The notes beneath the pieces were generated by a model, which saw nothing but the letters and a program-made list of their open reading frames with translations, was not told the DNA's origin and did not search any database. A stretch of 63,922 nucleotides of DNA, the filler included, from Malassezia furfur (taxonomy: Eukaryota): assembly GCA_052055015.1 (NCBI GenBank). It is 3 parts of 3 records of this genome, joined end to end, with 100 filler letters (N's around TTAATTAATTAA, not from the genome) between each part and the next. Parts side by side here need not be neighbours in the genome. Positions count along the whole stretch, not along the records: positions 22,167 to 44,152 come from JBQJIT010000163.1; 2 more parts are not named here. One strand, 5' to 3'. The position numbers and the translations under genes were made by a program. The stretch's first letter is position 1. Every line of letters begins with the position of its first letter. Positions 22,167 through 33,937 of the stretch are shown in pieces.

Positions 22167-23547
22167 GGTGCGCGCCGCCGCGGTGCGTCACAAACACCGT
22201 GTCGGGGTATAGCGGGTCGCGCACAAACTGCAGCGCCGTGCGGTCCTGTGCGGCGCCGATCGACGCGTCGCCGCACACCACGGGCAGCGCCACGGTCTCG
22301 TACACGGCGAGCGTCGGCGGAGCCGGGGGCGTGCCGGGGGCGCGCGCCGTGTGCCATGCGGGTGCGAGCGGCGCGGCCAAGAGACACAGGTGCACGCGGC
22401 CGTCGCCCATGGCGATGCCCACCACGTCAAGCGGCGCGGCACGCACGCCAGGCGGCGCACCGATGCGCGTGCAAATCAGGTCGCTCGCCACCGGCGCAAT
22501 CTCGTCGCTGCGCTCCGGCGGCGCGGGGCGCAGCAGGAAAGGGCCCTGCGGCGCGACGCGGTGCGGCACCGACGCGGGCGCACGCACGACGACGTGCGCC
22601 GCGGCATCAACAGAGGCATCGCCATCGAGCGACACGTCGTCATGCGCCTGCGCGGGCGTCATGGCACGCGCCTGGCGCACGAGGTCCGCGACGTACCGCC
22701 GCGCGAGGTCGGTCGGCGCCGGGGCGCGTGCGAGCGCCGCGAGCGCCGCGCGCGGCAGAGCGGCGACCTTGGGCAAGAAGGGGCACACGCCGTACACGTC
22801 GCTGCTGCGCATGAGTACCAGCACGGTGCACATCAGCCACGCGCTCTGCGGCGCACAGGCCTCGTCGCCGGGCTGCGCCGCGTCGGCGAACGCCATCGCA
22901 ACCGCACACGTAGCGTCTTCGTCGTCGGCGGACAGCGCGGCATGCGTGCGCCCTGCGCCAGGCGCACATGCAATTGTCTGCTGCGGCTCGTCGAGGTCGT
23001 GCACCACGTCGTACTCGCGCAAAAGGGCGTCCTCGGTAAGCACCACCAGACTCGCGCCGTCCCGGCCGAGCGGGTGCCAGGTGCACTGGGCGATGGGCGC
23101 ACACCCGTGCGGCGCGTGGTAGTAGGCGCCGACGCGCATCGCCTTGACCGGACACGCAGAGCCGACGTGCTGGAGGAAGCCGCGGCGCGGCAACAGGAGC
23201 ATCACGACCTCGTGGGTGCCGTACACGACGAGCAGCTTGCCGGTCGGGTTGACGGCGATGCCGACGATCGGGAACGAGAGAAACTCGTGCGTGAGCACCT
23301 TGTACGTGAGTGTGGCGGCGTCCGCGTCGGCGCCCGCGTCGTCGGCGGCGCGCGAGAGCGTGCGCTTCGCCTGTGCGAGGCTCGTGAGCCGCACCTCGTT
23401 GTGCACGACGACGATCAGCTCCGTGCCGCGGACTGCGAGCAGGTGGCGCTTGTGCGCGCCATAGGCCTCGCGCGCACCCTCGCCACGGAACACGGGGTGC
23501 GCCGCGAGGCGCGGCAGCCACGACGGGCGACCCGGGGGCGCGCTCAT
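22167..23547 (-). CDS. NUP82: Nucleoporin Nup82/Nup88-like, 3'-truncated by gap
   Basis: WL..HPVF, VNPTGKLLVV, WHPLG....LVVLTED..LREYD, DVYGVCPFLP, QGPFLLRPAP. Confidence 0.8.
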
Positions 23548-23593
23548 CGTCGTCGTCGTTACGTCACGTGCGCATCTCTGCACGTTCGACGCC

Positions 23594-26344
23594 ATGGCCG
23601 GCACGACGGGGCCCTCGGGCGACGCCGCGGCGCTGCGCCAGATCATGAACGAGATTATAGGGAGTCGCGCGGCCAAGGCACAGCTCGCACGCGACGGGCG
23701 GCTTGCACCGATTGCTGCGCTCCTCGTCGCACCTGAGGTGACGACCGAAGAGCGAATTCTCGCGGCGCACATCCTCGGCAGCGTCGCCCAGCATGCCGTG
23801 CCCGCAACCCTGCTCGCACTACTGCACTGCGACGTTCCCTTCTTGCTCCTCCTGTGCCTCGGCGCTTGCGCCGCCGAGGTGCGCCGCGCGCCGACACATG
23901 CCACCGCCACGCACCTTGCACGCCTGCTTGAAGCGGTGGTGCGCGCGCTGCGGGCCGTCATGTGCTCGGTCGCGGAACAGATTGGGCACTCGCCGCGCCT
24001 CGGCATCGGAAGCGAGTGGGGCGTCGCGTCGATGGGGGGCCTGGAACATGGGGACGCCCGCCCGGCGTCGGCCCACAGCGAGGCGGCGCAGGCGCTGCCA
24101 GGCGCAGGGCCGTCGGCCTCCGACGCGCGGCGCACGATCGCTGCACGCTGGATGGCCTCGGTGCCCGCGTCCGTATGGGCTGAGCGGCATGCCCACGCCG
24201 CCGGCGAGCGCAACGCCAAGGCGGTCAAGACCGGCAAGGACGCCCCGCATGCGACACGCTCGCCTCCGCCCGGCGCCAACTATGCAGAATACCTCGCGAT
24301 GTGTGCATCGCTCGACGAGGCCGAAGCGCTGGCCTCGTGCGATGCATATGCGACGCTCAATTGGCTCTCGCGTTCCGCCGTGTCGACGCTGTTTGACCAG
24401 AAGAGTCTGCATTTGCTCCTCGGCGCGCTGGTCCTGGCGAACGACTCGCTGCAGAGCGGCACGAAGCCGACGTCCTCGGTACACAGTGACCGTGCGACAC
24501 CTATGTCGGCCTCAACGCCATCGCTGCCGCTGCCCACCGCGCCACTCACGCCGATTTTGGGTCGCGCACAAGCACTGAGCGTGCTTGAGACCGTCTGCGA
24601 GCTCCTGGGCGCCTGCCTGACCGTGTACGGCATCGAGAACTACCCCAGCTCGCCGGCGGGCGCGCGACTGCGGTTTGCGCGCCTCGCGGCGCCGGCACCC
24701 CCGACGAATGCGTCGCACGGCAACGAAATCGCGCGGCGCTACGACGCCTTCTTGCACTTTGCCGCGTGGGACAACCCATTTGTGCCGCACGACACAACCA
24801 CCTCCTCGCCGCTCGACACACCGGGCTACACGGCGCTCGTCGCGCTACTCGGCGCCGCTGAGTCGTCGGGTGCGCGCGTCCAGGAGGCCGCGCTTTGGCT
24901 CTTGCACGAGCTGCTCGCTTCGTGCCCCGATGCGGGCGTTCCGGCGCTGCTTTCGCTCTACTCGCCGCGGGGCACACTGCTTCCACATGTCGTGCAAATG
25001 CACGCCCAGCATGCACGTACACGCAGTCTGCGCCTTGTTGCGCATAGCTGCCTTGTCGAGCTGCTCGATGCGCCCTCACCGCCCATGTCCGGTGCACAGC
25101 TGGTGCATGGCGTTATGGGCATGCTGGAGGCGCACGGCGCTGTGCAAGTGCAGGCGTGCTTCACGCTTGCGCGCCTCGTCCACGACCGTCCTGAGCTGCA
25201 GGCGCTTGCGGTGGAACGCCACAGCGCATGCGAGCGCCTCGGCGCACTGCTCGTCGATGTCCAGGAGCGCCTTGGCCCACACATCGCGCCGAGCGGGCGT
25301 GCAGCGGTGCTCAACGACGACGAGCTGGCGCTACGGCTGCAAGAGGCCGGCCTAACCGCGCTCGCGGCCCTTGCGACGCAGAGCGACGCGGTGCGGCGCC
25401 GGATTGTCGCGTGTGTTCCGTCGTTCCTGAGCGCGGTACTGCTGCCGGCGCTGTCGTCGTGTGCGGTCGGCGTGCAGATTGCGGCGTGCCGCCTGATTCG
25501 CGTTCTAAGCCGCACGATTGGCCTGCTGCGCACAAGCTTGCTGGATGCGGGCGTCGCCGAGCGCATGTTGGCGCTGCTCCGCAACGACGCCCACGCGTTC
25601 ATTCACGCCGAGGTGCTCGCTTCGGTGTGCAACATGCTTGTCAAATTTAGTCCGATGAAGCCATTCCTGCTGGAGCACGGGGGAATCAGGACACTTGCGC
25701 AGTATGCGCGCAGTGCGCACGGCGGTGTGCGCCTCAATGCGCTTTGGGCCATCAAGAACGCCGTGTGGGACAGCGAAACACCGCTCAAGGAACAGATCAT
25801 GCGCGAGTTCGGTTGGGACCACCTTGCGGAGATGGCCGTGTCGCCAGACGCGTGCATCCAGGAACAGGCGCTCGGCATTGTGCGCAACCTGACCTCGGCG
25901 CGCAATGCAGACACGGCGGCAGTCGACATCGAGATGACCCTGACGCACTTTGGCGAGGATCGCCTGTTTACCGTCGTCGAAGATGCGGTCTGGTCGCTGC
26001 AGAACGATGCGGCCACCGAGCAAGCGGCGTTCATCCTTGCCAACCTTGCCTCGGGCTCGCAGCGCCACCGCGCGTTAATCACCGACCGCCCCAACATCCT
26101 CGATGCGCTCAGCTCCTTCCTCGAGCACCCGCGCGATGCCGTGCGCGAGGCGGGCGTTCGATGCGGCTACAACCTCACGCACCCCCTCACGGCCTCGGCC
26201 AAGGACCCGGGCATGGACGACGAGTGGCACCGCGCCATCGCTCGACTGCGAGCGTTTGGCTTCGATAAGCGCCTCAGCGCGCTGGAGAACGACCCGGACC
26301 CTAACGTGCGCGAGCGCGTGCGCGATACGCTCGCCCAGATGTAG
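23594..26344 (+). CDS. Armadillo-repeat protein ARMC8/Vid28-like (GID/CTLH complex)
   Basis: LSRTIGLLRTSLLDAGV, VCNMLVKFSPMK, RLNALWAIKN, IQEQALGIVRNL. Confidence 0.85.
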   Translation: MAGTTGPSGDAAALRQIMNEIIGSRAAKAQLARDGRLAPIAALLVAPEVTTEERILAAHILGSVAQHAVPATLLALLHCDVPFLLLLCLGACAAEVRRAPTHATATHLARLLEAVVRALRAVMCSVAEQIGHSPRLGIGSEWGVASMGGLEHGDARPASAHSEAAQALPGAGPSASDARRTIAARWMASVPASVWAERHAHAAGERNAKAVKTGKDAPHATRSPPPGANYAEYLAMCASLDEAEALASCDAYATLNWLSRSAVSTLFDQKSLHLLLGALVLANDSLQSGTKPTSSVHSDRATPMSASTPSLPLPTAPLTPILGRAQALSVLETVCELLGACLTVYGIENYPSSPAGARLRFARLAAPAPPTNASHGNEIARRYDAFLHFAAWDNPFVPHDTTTSSPLDTPGYTALVALLGAAESSGARVQEAALWLLHELLASCPDAGVPALLSLYSPRGTLLPHVVQMHAQHARTRSLRLVAHSCLVELLDAPSPPMSGAQLVHGVMGMLEAHGAVQVQACFTLARLVHDRPELQALAVERHSACERLGALLVDVQERLGPHIAPSGRAAVLNDDELALRLQEAGLTALAALATQSDAVRRRIVACVPSFLSAVLLPALSSCAVGVQIAACRLIRVLSRTIGLLRTSLLDAGVAERMLALLRNDAHAFIHAEVLASVCNMLVKFSPMKPFLLEHGGIRTLAQYARSAHGGVRLNALWAIKNAVWDSETPLKEQIMREFGWDHLAEMAVSPDACIQEQALGIVRNLTSARNADTAAVDIEMTLTHFGEDRLFTVVEDAVWSLQNDAATEQAAFILANLASGSQRHRALITDRPNILDALSSFLEHPRDAVREAGVRCGYNLTHPLTASAKDPGMDDEWHRAIARLRAFGFDKRLSALENDPDPNVRERVRDTLAQM

Positions 26345-26456
26345 GCATTTCTCCTCCCGCCCATGGCCATGCGGAAGCGGGCCGCTCCGCGGCGCGGCTC
26401 GAGTGGCTTCCATCCTATACCATTTCCATCTATCATGTAATTAGTCATGGTTTCCG

Positions 26457-28207
26457 CTAGGCGGCCTTGCCGAGATCGCCCATCGCCTGTCCCATTTTGA
26501 CCTTGTCGCCGGGCTTGGCCTCAAAGTGGAACGACTCCGGCGCTTCGAACACGAGCACAATGGTACTGCCCAACAAAAAGCCACCAACCTCCTCACCCGT
26601 CGCTAGCGGCTGTCCGCCCAGGATCCGACTCGCGGCATTGTAGGTCGCCTCCGAGTAAGTTCCCATGAGCTTGCGCTGCCCACGCACGTTCGTACGCAGG
26701 TTGCGGTCAAAGTTGATGCGGATCGACCCGACGTTGGTCGCACCAATCGGGGTCATGCTAAAGAACCCGTACCGCCAGCGGCCCAGCAGCGCCACACGCT
26801 CGTTCAGCAAGAAGAGGTTCGGCAGGCGCCGCGCCACGTACGGCGACACCGAGTACAACTCGCCGCGGAAATGCCGCCGCATTTCCACCACCCACGGCAC
26901 GGGCGAGTGGAAACGATGGTAGTCGCCCGGCGCCAAATAGATCACACAGAAGTAGAGCCGGTGACCGGGACGTAGCTTCTCTGGCGAGATGGCTTGCTCA
27001 CGCATAAACGTCGGGATCGCCTCGGAGCCCATCTCGTACGCGACATTGGCCACGTGCTGTAGGTTCTCGGGCGTGTCTGAGGTCGGAATGCCTGCATCGC
27101 CAGGGTCCGCCTCTTCGTCCAGGCCGGCCGGCGCAGTGCCGTTGGTGGAACGCGACGCGCCCCACGGACGTAATGAGGAGGCCGTCTGCCGCACGTACCG
27201 CCATGAGCCCTTGGCCCAGCCCAGCAGGTAGTTGCGCACAGACTTGCGCTGCTTGGTCTGGTCACCGAGCAGATCGCCCAGACTGTAGTCGATGCCGTTC
27301 AGCGACGCAAACTGCTGTTCATCTGCCGTGCAAAACTCATGCTCCTCACGGCCGGGCACAAGCTCGTGCGTGAGGGCGCGCTTGTTGTAGCCCAGCAGCG
27401 AGTCAAGTGAGTAGGTGATGCCCTTGACCTGCTCCACGCGGTCCCCCTCGATCTCGCCAAGATGCAGCACGGTGCCGTCACAGGGCGAAACCACCAGCGA
27501 GTCGGCCAGCGGACGCACGCCCGGCTTGAGCTCACGCGAGAAAAACTGACCAAGACTTTCGTAGTGTGTCAAGTCCGGGTCGAGCATCTCGTCCAAGTTG
27601 CATCCAAACACCCACGAGTATAGCCTGAAGCCATACGGACGAAACCAAACGGGCAACGTATGGCTGTTCATCCAGCCCCATGAGCGGCTGATCGAGTTCA
27701 GTGGCAGCGCACCGAGAACATAGAGCTGCATTAGCGAAACGACGATTGCCCACGTACCGACCACGGTCCACGCGTGCGCACGGGCTCCCCAGAGGCATCG
27801 ACTACCGGCTCGATCCGGTGGTTGTGTTCCCACTGGCGGTGCGCCTGGACGCCGACCAACACAATCGCGCCCAGCAACACGGGAAGCGGCGTCCACTTGA
27901 GCGGCGTTTCGTTCCATACGCGCCATGCGCGCGAGAACTTGGAGCCACGGCGTCGACGCGAATGCACGGGATCCGCCTCCCGCTGCAACCGCTCGCGCCG
28001 CGCGCGCTCGGCACGATGCCCCGCAACCGTGCCGGCGAGTCGCTCCGCCTCGCGAGGGTCGCGCGTGTATGCACGTGCCCCCATCGGCGCAGAGCGGCGC
28101 CGGCGAGGACTTCCTATCCCACCATCGGGCGTCGCGCCCGGAACCACCGTGAAGCGACGCGTTGCTGCGCGCGACGCACGCACCACCACGTTTGTCACCA
28201 CCCACAT
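26457..28207 (-). CDS. PSD1: Mitochondrial phosphatidylserine decarboxylase proenzyme
   Basis: SPCDG, YLAPGDYHRFHSP, GATNVGSI, LGST autocleavage motif. Intron 27726-27757. Confidence 0.95.
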
Positions 28208-28268
28208 GGTTCGAGACGTTTCGCCAGGGGTGCGCCGCGCTCGCCAGCCTACGTCACGTGATATACCG

Positions 28269-28345
28269 GAAACGCGGAGAAGCTTCGCGGTGGCGGTCGT
28301 GCGTGTGGCCAGTGCGCAGGGACGCGCGGCGGCGCTCATAAAAGG
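28269..28345 (+). promoter_or_regulatory. Candidate heat-shock element and TATA-like box
   Basis: GAA(28269)-N7-GAA(28279)-NN-TTC(28284) and CATAAAAG near 28337, upstream of ATG 28377. Confidence 0.45.
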
Positions 28346-28376
28346 CGCAGAGGCGCCACGGCATTACCCCACAGCA

Positions 28377-29720
28377 ATGTCTTTCCTCTTCGAAGCACCT
28401 GCTTTCTACATGCAGACCGCGCCCACCCAGCCGCATTTCCGCGGCAACGCGTGTGGTAGCGCCCTGGTGCCACAAGTCTGGGACACCTTCCAAGTGGAGC
28501 TGGACGACGGATACGATGAGCGCGTGCACTCTGCTCGCCGCCAACAGGCACTCAAGCGCAAGGAACAGCGCGCATTTGCCGAGCTGGTCCAGCAGCTCGC
28601 CATCGAGGAAGTCGAGAACCAGCGCCGCGAGCAGCGTCGCCGCGTAATTGAGGCCAAGAAGGCCGCCCTCGCCGAAGCACGCCGTCAAGAAGCTGCTGAG
28701 CGCCGCCGTGCCGAGGCCGCGCGCAAGCGCCATCTCGCTAAGATGCACGCCGCCCAAGTCCGCCAGGCACTCTGGGAGGCGGCCCGCGCTGAGGAGGCGC
28801 AGCGCATCGCCCACGCACAGCAACTCGTGCTGCGACAACAAGCTCAGCGCTATGCAGAGCAGAAGCGCCTTGCTCGGGCGCAGACGCAGCAAGAACGCGA
28901 GCGCTATGTGCGTATTGGTGATTTGTTGCTTCGTATTGTCGAGAACGACGAGGAAGAGTTCTCGGACGCCCAAGAAGATGTGAATGAAGAGGATGAGGCG
29001 GCGGAGGAAACCGAGAGCACAGAACTCGCCCCGCTGACGTCGAGTCAAGATGCACAGGACAAGGTTGAGGAAGAGGTCGCCGTGGCACTCGCCAAGCTGA
29101 GTGCACACGATCGAACCGACGAGGAACAGGAGGCGGAGCAGCAAACTGAGTCACCCGATGCGACGGAAGACGAGCATGACGATGCAGTGGCTGAGGCATG
29201 CCAAGCCCTCGCCGATGCCATTGCGACGCCTGCGCCCGCGACGGAAAACGAAAGCACACCAGCCGCCGCCGAAGAAGCTGTGCCTCTTGAAGCGTCCGCG
29301 CCGGTCGCTGACGCTCCCTCATCCGACGCCGACCCTGTCCTTCTCTTCTCTCGCGACTTCCCCAGCAATGACACCGAGTACGGTCGTGCAATTCGCAAGC
29401 TTGTGAACGCCGATTCGATCACCGTCGAAGCGAGCCGTGCCAATGGCGGCTCCATCAAGATTGGTGGCCTCTGGAAGATGCAAGCACCAGAGCACACCCG
29501 CTCGCCGCCTCGCTCGCCCCGTTCGGCGCGCGTGAGCGACGTGGACGAGAACGGCGAAGAGGTGATTGTGCCGGTCGTGGATGTGCAGTCCACCGACGAG
29601 CTGGATACATCCAAGATCACGCTGGACGAAACCGACACGATCCCCCTTCCTGAGCACCTTGATGGTCTCCGCGCTGAGCTCACCGACGATGGGTTCCGGT
29701 TGTGGCTCGACTCTGCCTAG
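28377..29720 (+). CDS. Hypothetical coiled-coil/acidic protein with possible divergent HSP20-like C-terminal domain
   Basis: ATG 28377. Charged helical N-terminal half and acidic linker. C-terminal ITVEAS...IKIGG...IPLPEHLDGLRAELTDDGFRLWL. Confidence 0.7.
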   Translation: MSFLFEAPAFYMQTAPTQPHFRGNACGSALVPQVWDTFQVELDDGYDERVHSARRQQALKRKEQRAFAELVQQLAIEEVENQRREQRRRVIEAKKAALAEARRQEAAERRRAEAARKRHLAKMHAAQVRQALWEAARAEEAQRIAHAQQLVLRQQAQRYAEQKRLARAQTQQERERYVRIGDLLLRIVENDEEEFSDAQEDVNEEDEAAEETESTELAPLTSSQDAQDKVEEEVAVALAKLSAHDRTDEEQEAEQQTESPDATEDEHDDAVAEACQALADAIATPAPATENESTPAAAEEAVPLEASAPVADAPSSDADPVLLFSRDFPSNDTEYGRAIRKLVNADSITVEASRANGGSIKIGGLWKMQAPEHTRSPPRSPRSARVSDVDENGEEVIVPVVDVQSTDELDTSKITLDETDTIPLPEHLDGLRAELTDDGFRLWLDSA

Positions 29721-29777
29721 GTGTGTAAATAGACACTTTTGGATTCTGCGGACAAATGTACTTGTAACAAGCGAAAA

Positions 29778-30379
29778 TTAATCGTCGTCATCGTGTGCCT
29801 TTTTCTTGTGGTCGACCCAATCGAGCCACGAGCCAGGGTAGTTGCGCGTGCTGTGTCAGTGCAGGGTGACGTACTTCCACCAGCCACGCTGACGTGCGAT
29901 CTGGAGCGCCTCGTCACTGCGCTTGCCCGACCGGCAGTAGAACACGATCTTGTGGTCGTACGAGGGCCGCGGGAACGAGAAGCGGCGCTGGAACTCGGAC
30001 GAAGAAACTGAGTCGCTGTTCACATCAAACGCCTCGGAGAATTCCGATAGCGGCACGTTGACGGACGCGGGGATACATCCCTGCGCGACTTCGTTGGGTT
30101 CGCGCACGTCAATAATATCAATAGACTGTGTCAGAGATGAGTTCCACGTACGCCATCGGGGTGGTTCGTGTACGGCTCGAGCTCGGCGAAGTTGATCGAC
30201 CCCTTGTCGACCCACGAGCGGTCTTCCTTGCCGAGCACGGGCGTCGTCGACATGGCGCGCACCTGTGCGCGCGGCACAGTTGCCACCGCAACACGAGCAG
30301 AACTGACGACTGGCGTCTGCGTGGCGATGCGCGCAGCAATGGGGGCGGCACGAGCGAGCGACGAGCGAACAGGCTGCAT
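29778..30379 (-). CDS. Mitochondrial single-domain rhodanese/sulfurtransferase (Rdl2-like)
   Basis: IIDVREPNE, IPASVNVP, FYCRSGKRS, NYPGSWLDW. Introns 30126-30151 and 29851-29874. Confidence 0.9.
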
Positions 30380-30529
30380 GGTTGGGATGCACGGGCCGCC
30401 TCGCGCGACCGGTCCCGCTGGGTGCTGGACCACGTGATCTCCCGGCCGAGCGCGCGGGCAAGAAATTTTGTGGCCGCCGTGTACCGTCTGGATTTTCACG
30501 GCTGACGTGAAGACGGTGCCAGGAAGGGA

Positions 30530-32150
30530 ATGGTGCTCGTCTTGTTCGAGACCGCCGTGGGCTACTGCCTTTTTTCGCTTTCCGATGAGGGCAAGGTGAA
30601 CTCGCCGGACCTCTACAAAAGCTTTGAGAGCGAGAGCGAGGCGAACCGCCTGCTCCAGCTCTCGGCGATCCACCGCTTCCAGAGCACGGTGGAAGCCGTC
30701 GAGGGCGCGACGGCGATCAACGAGGGCAAGCTCAGCAAGGATCTGAAGAAGTTCTTGCAACGCGAGATCCTCGAGAAGGGCGGCTCGGCCGGCGCCAAAG
30801 GCGCATCAACCGAGAAGCTGCTCGTGTCGGAGCCCAAGCTGGGTACGTTGTTTTCACGCTCACACAGCGTCGGCCATTACGAAGAAGCTCGGCATCCAGG
30901 TCGCTTCTGACTCGAGCCTGATGGACCTGTACCGCGGCATCCGCGAGAACCTCGCCTCGCTGCTAGGCAGCGGCGTGTCGGACGAGGGCTCGCTCGACCC
31001 GCGCGACCTAAGCACCATGTCGCTCGGTCTGGCACACAGCCTGAGTCGCTACAAGCTCAAGTTCAGCCCCGATAAAGTGGATACCATGGTTGTGCAGGCC
31101 ATCGCGCTTCTGGATGACCTCGACAAGGAGCTGAACATCTACGCCATGCGCGTGAAGGAGTGGTATGGCTGGCACTTCCCCGAGATGGGCAAGATCATCA
31201 CGGACAACATTGCGTACGCCAAGGTGATCCGTGCCGTGGGCTTCCGCACCAACACCTCGGCCTCGGACCTGTCTGAGATCCTTCCCGAGGAGATTGAGCA
31301 GACGCTCAAGGCAGCCGCTGAAATTTCCATGGGTACGGAAATCAGCGAGTCGGATATGGAGCACATTTGGAGCCTGTGTGACCAAGTGATCGCAATCAGC
31401 GAGTACCGCGCGCAGCTCTACTCGTACCTGTGCAACCGCATGACGGCCATTGCGCCGAACCTGTCGGCGCTCGTCGGCGAGCTGGTCGGCGCGCGGCTGA
31501 TCTCGCACGCGGGTTCGCTACTGAACTTGGCCAAGCTGCCCGCGAGTACGATCCAGCTGCTGGGCGCTGAAAAGGCACTCTTCCGTGCGCTCAAGACCAA
31601 GCACGACACGCCTAAGTACGGTCTGCTGTACCACTCGAGTCTCGTCGGCATGGCGCCGCCCAAGACCAAGGGCAAGATGGCGCGCATGGTCGCCACCAAG
31701 GCCGCCCTCTCGGTGCGCATTGATGCGCTTACCGACCCTGAATCACCGTCGGACACGATGGGTGCGACCGTTGGCTCGGAAGAGCGCGTGAAGCTCGAGT
31801 CGCGCGCGCGTGGCTTCGAGAACCGCACGGCGGCCGCCGGCGTGCGTGCGGCCCGTGGTGTGGACGGTGGGTACAAGCAAAAGGCGTACGTCCCGCAAGA
31901 AAACGGCCGGAGCTACAACGTGGGTGCGGATGCGCCACCGATTGTGACGGGCGTGGACGAGGACGAGGGCGATGAGGAAGAGTCTACGCCGAAGAAGGAG
32001 AAGAAGGAAAAGAAGGACAAGAAGGATAAGAAAGAGAAGAAGGACAAGAAGGACAAAAAGGAAAAGAAGTCCAAGCGGTCCGCGGACGACCTCGATGGTG
32101 ACGATGGCGAGGCCAAGAAGAAGAAGAAAAAGGCACACAAGGACGAGTAG
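30530..32150 (+). CDS. NOP58: Box C/D snoRNP protein Nop58
   Basis: [46 protein letters not shown] tail. Intron 30843-30867. Confidence 0.96.
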
Positions 32151-32214
32151 GTGTGCCGTCCCCCATCCTTTGTATTCTTTCCCATAATCCAATGATATGT
32201 TCAACGGCGTGTAG

Positions 32215-33884
32215 CTATGAGGTGTACACGAGGTCCAGGCGCGCTCGCCCGTAGAGCTCGTGCGTGACGAGTTCTTGGTCGGCGTCGTCGCCGCGGAAGA
32301 GAGCATCGCGCGGCAGTGGATCGACCTGCATCCGGACAAATGAGCCGGGCGCCTGCGCCGGCTGCATAGGAGCCAGCGCCCCAGGGTTGACCACCATCGT
32401 CGAGTCGACCACGCGCAAAAATGGCTTCGTTTTCGGCGAAGGCAGCAATAGCAAGTCGGGCGTCACTTGATCCAGTGTGCATAGCCGCGAATGCGACAGG
32501 TCCAGCGGCAGCATCGACGCCGACGATGGCGGAAAGATGGGGTAAAAGCTGCGCTGTGCCAGAACATGCCGGGCAAGGCGCATCATCGGGTCGCGCGCAT
32601 CGCTTGGTGTCGCACCCGCCCTGCTCTCTGCGCCGGGTTGCACGCGCTGCACGAGCTCCTCGCGCCGCAAGTCACCCAGCACGTCGGCGGTGCTTACGCC
32701 GATCGCCAGCTCGTTGATGTAAAACACGCTTGGATTCGGCAAGCAGCGCACGCGTTTTGGAAGGCCGAGTGCGGGGTTGCTCTTGTCGAGAAACGGCTGG
32801 GGGTACGCGAGGTGCGCATGGAAGACGTCTTCGGTGCTCGGCACAAGAATTACCATCGTGCCGGGCGCGCGCTCCATCAGACGCGATACGCGCTGCGAGA
32901 TGTGTCGCCGAAAAATGGCGGTGGGCACCTCATCGATATCACCCGCGACGATCTTGGGGTGTGACGCGGGGACAAACGGACCCATCTAGGTTAGCTCGAC
33001 ACGTACCAGCACCAGCACGTCCGGCTGCGCGCCCTCGACGTGCGTCATAAACGCGTGCCACGGCTTAAAGAGAAGATCATTCTCGTCCGTATACGGTCCA
33101 GAGGCCGCGACGACACGCAACGGCTGGCCAGCCAGGCGCGCCTCGTCGTATTGGTGGTGCGCCATTTCTGAGCGGCTCGTTGCTGGGTGAGGCAAGGCCG
33201 GCGGCTACATTAGGCGTTGTGACGTACCATCAGGAGCTCTTCGGCCACAAAGCGGTTCCCGCTGCCATTCCGGCCTTTTACCCCAACAATCATCCCGGGG
33301 AACAGACCCACAACACTGGCACTTTGGACGGCGCTGTCGGCCCACGCATAGCGCACCTGGCACGACGGGTCTAGTGCCAATGGCACACGCTGGCCGTTTC
33401 CGACCATGCGGCTGGTCTCCAGCATCAAGTCGCCCTGGGTCAAGCGGTCCGACGCGCTGGACTGCTTGGACTGCGGGTCGATTCGTGCGCAGATCCGGCC
33501 CACTGAGTAAATGCTGTCTTGCGACGGAATGGATGGGTCTTCCAGCTCGGTCGACAGCGCGAACGACTGCCGGATGACTTCGCCCATGTCGTCCAAGCGG
33601 TTGTCCAGTTCTGCATGAGTACACCACATACCTAGACTGCGCTCGCCTTTCTTTTCGAACATGTAGCGATAGTTCCATTGTTTCAAGTCGGTGCTCACCG
33701 CGAGCGACACGCGCGGCACCGTCAGCGGAGTGGGCTCCGTATCCCAGGTGGATGCCTTTTCTGCATTGTACGACTCAGCCACGCGAAGAGACGCTGCCCA
33801 CTGGCCATCATCCGCGTGAATTTCGTGGCTAGACACATCGTCCGTGCCGCGCTGCGCGCCCAGCAACGACGTGAGGTCGGCCAT
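32215..33884 (-). CDS. POL12: DNA polymerase alpha subunit B
   Basis: YRYMFEK, LFPGMIVGVKGRNGSG, ASGPYT, PDVLVLMGPFV, QRSFYPIFPP, VNPG. Introns 33611-33631, 33205-33227, 32986-33006. Confidence 0.92.
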
Positions 33885-33937
33885 GAGAGTAGAACGCGTC
33901 GCGCGTCGCGTAATTCCTCGGTGCACCTCCACTACGC

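Noticed and set aside
31990..32145. AAG-rich repeats at the ends of NOP58 and CBF5
   Set aside because: Ordinary KKE/D tails well known in these snoRNP proteins.
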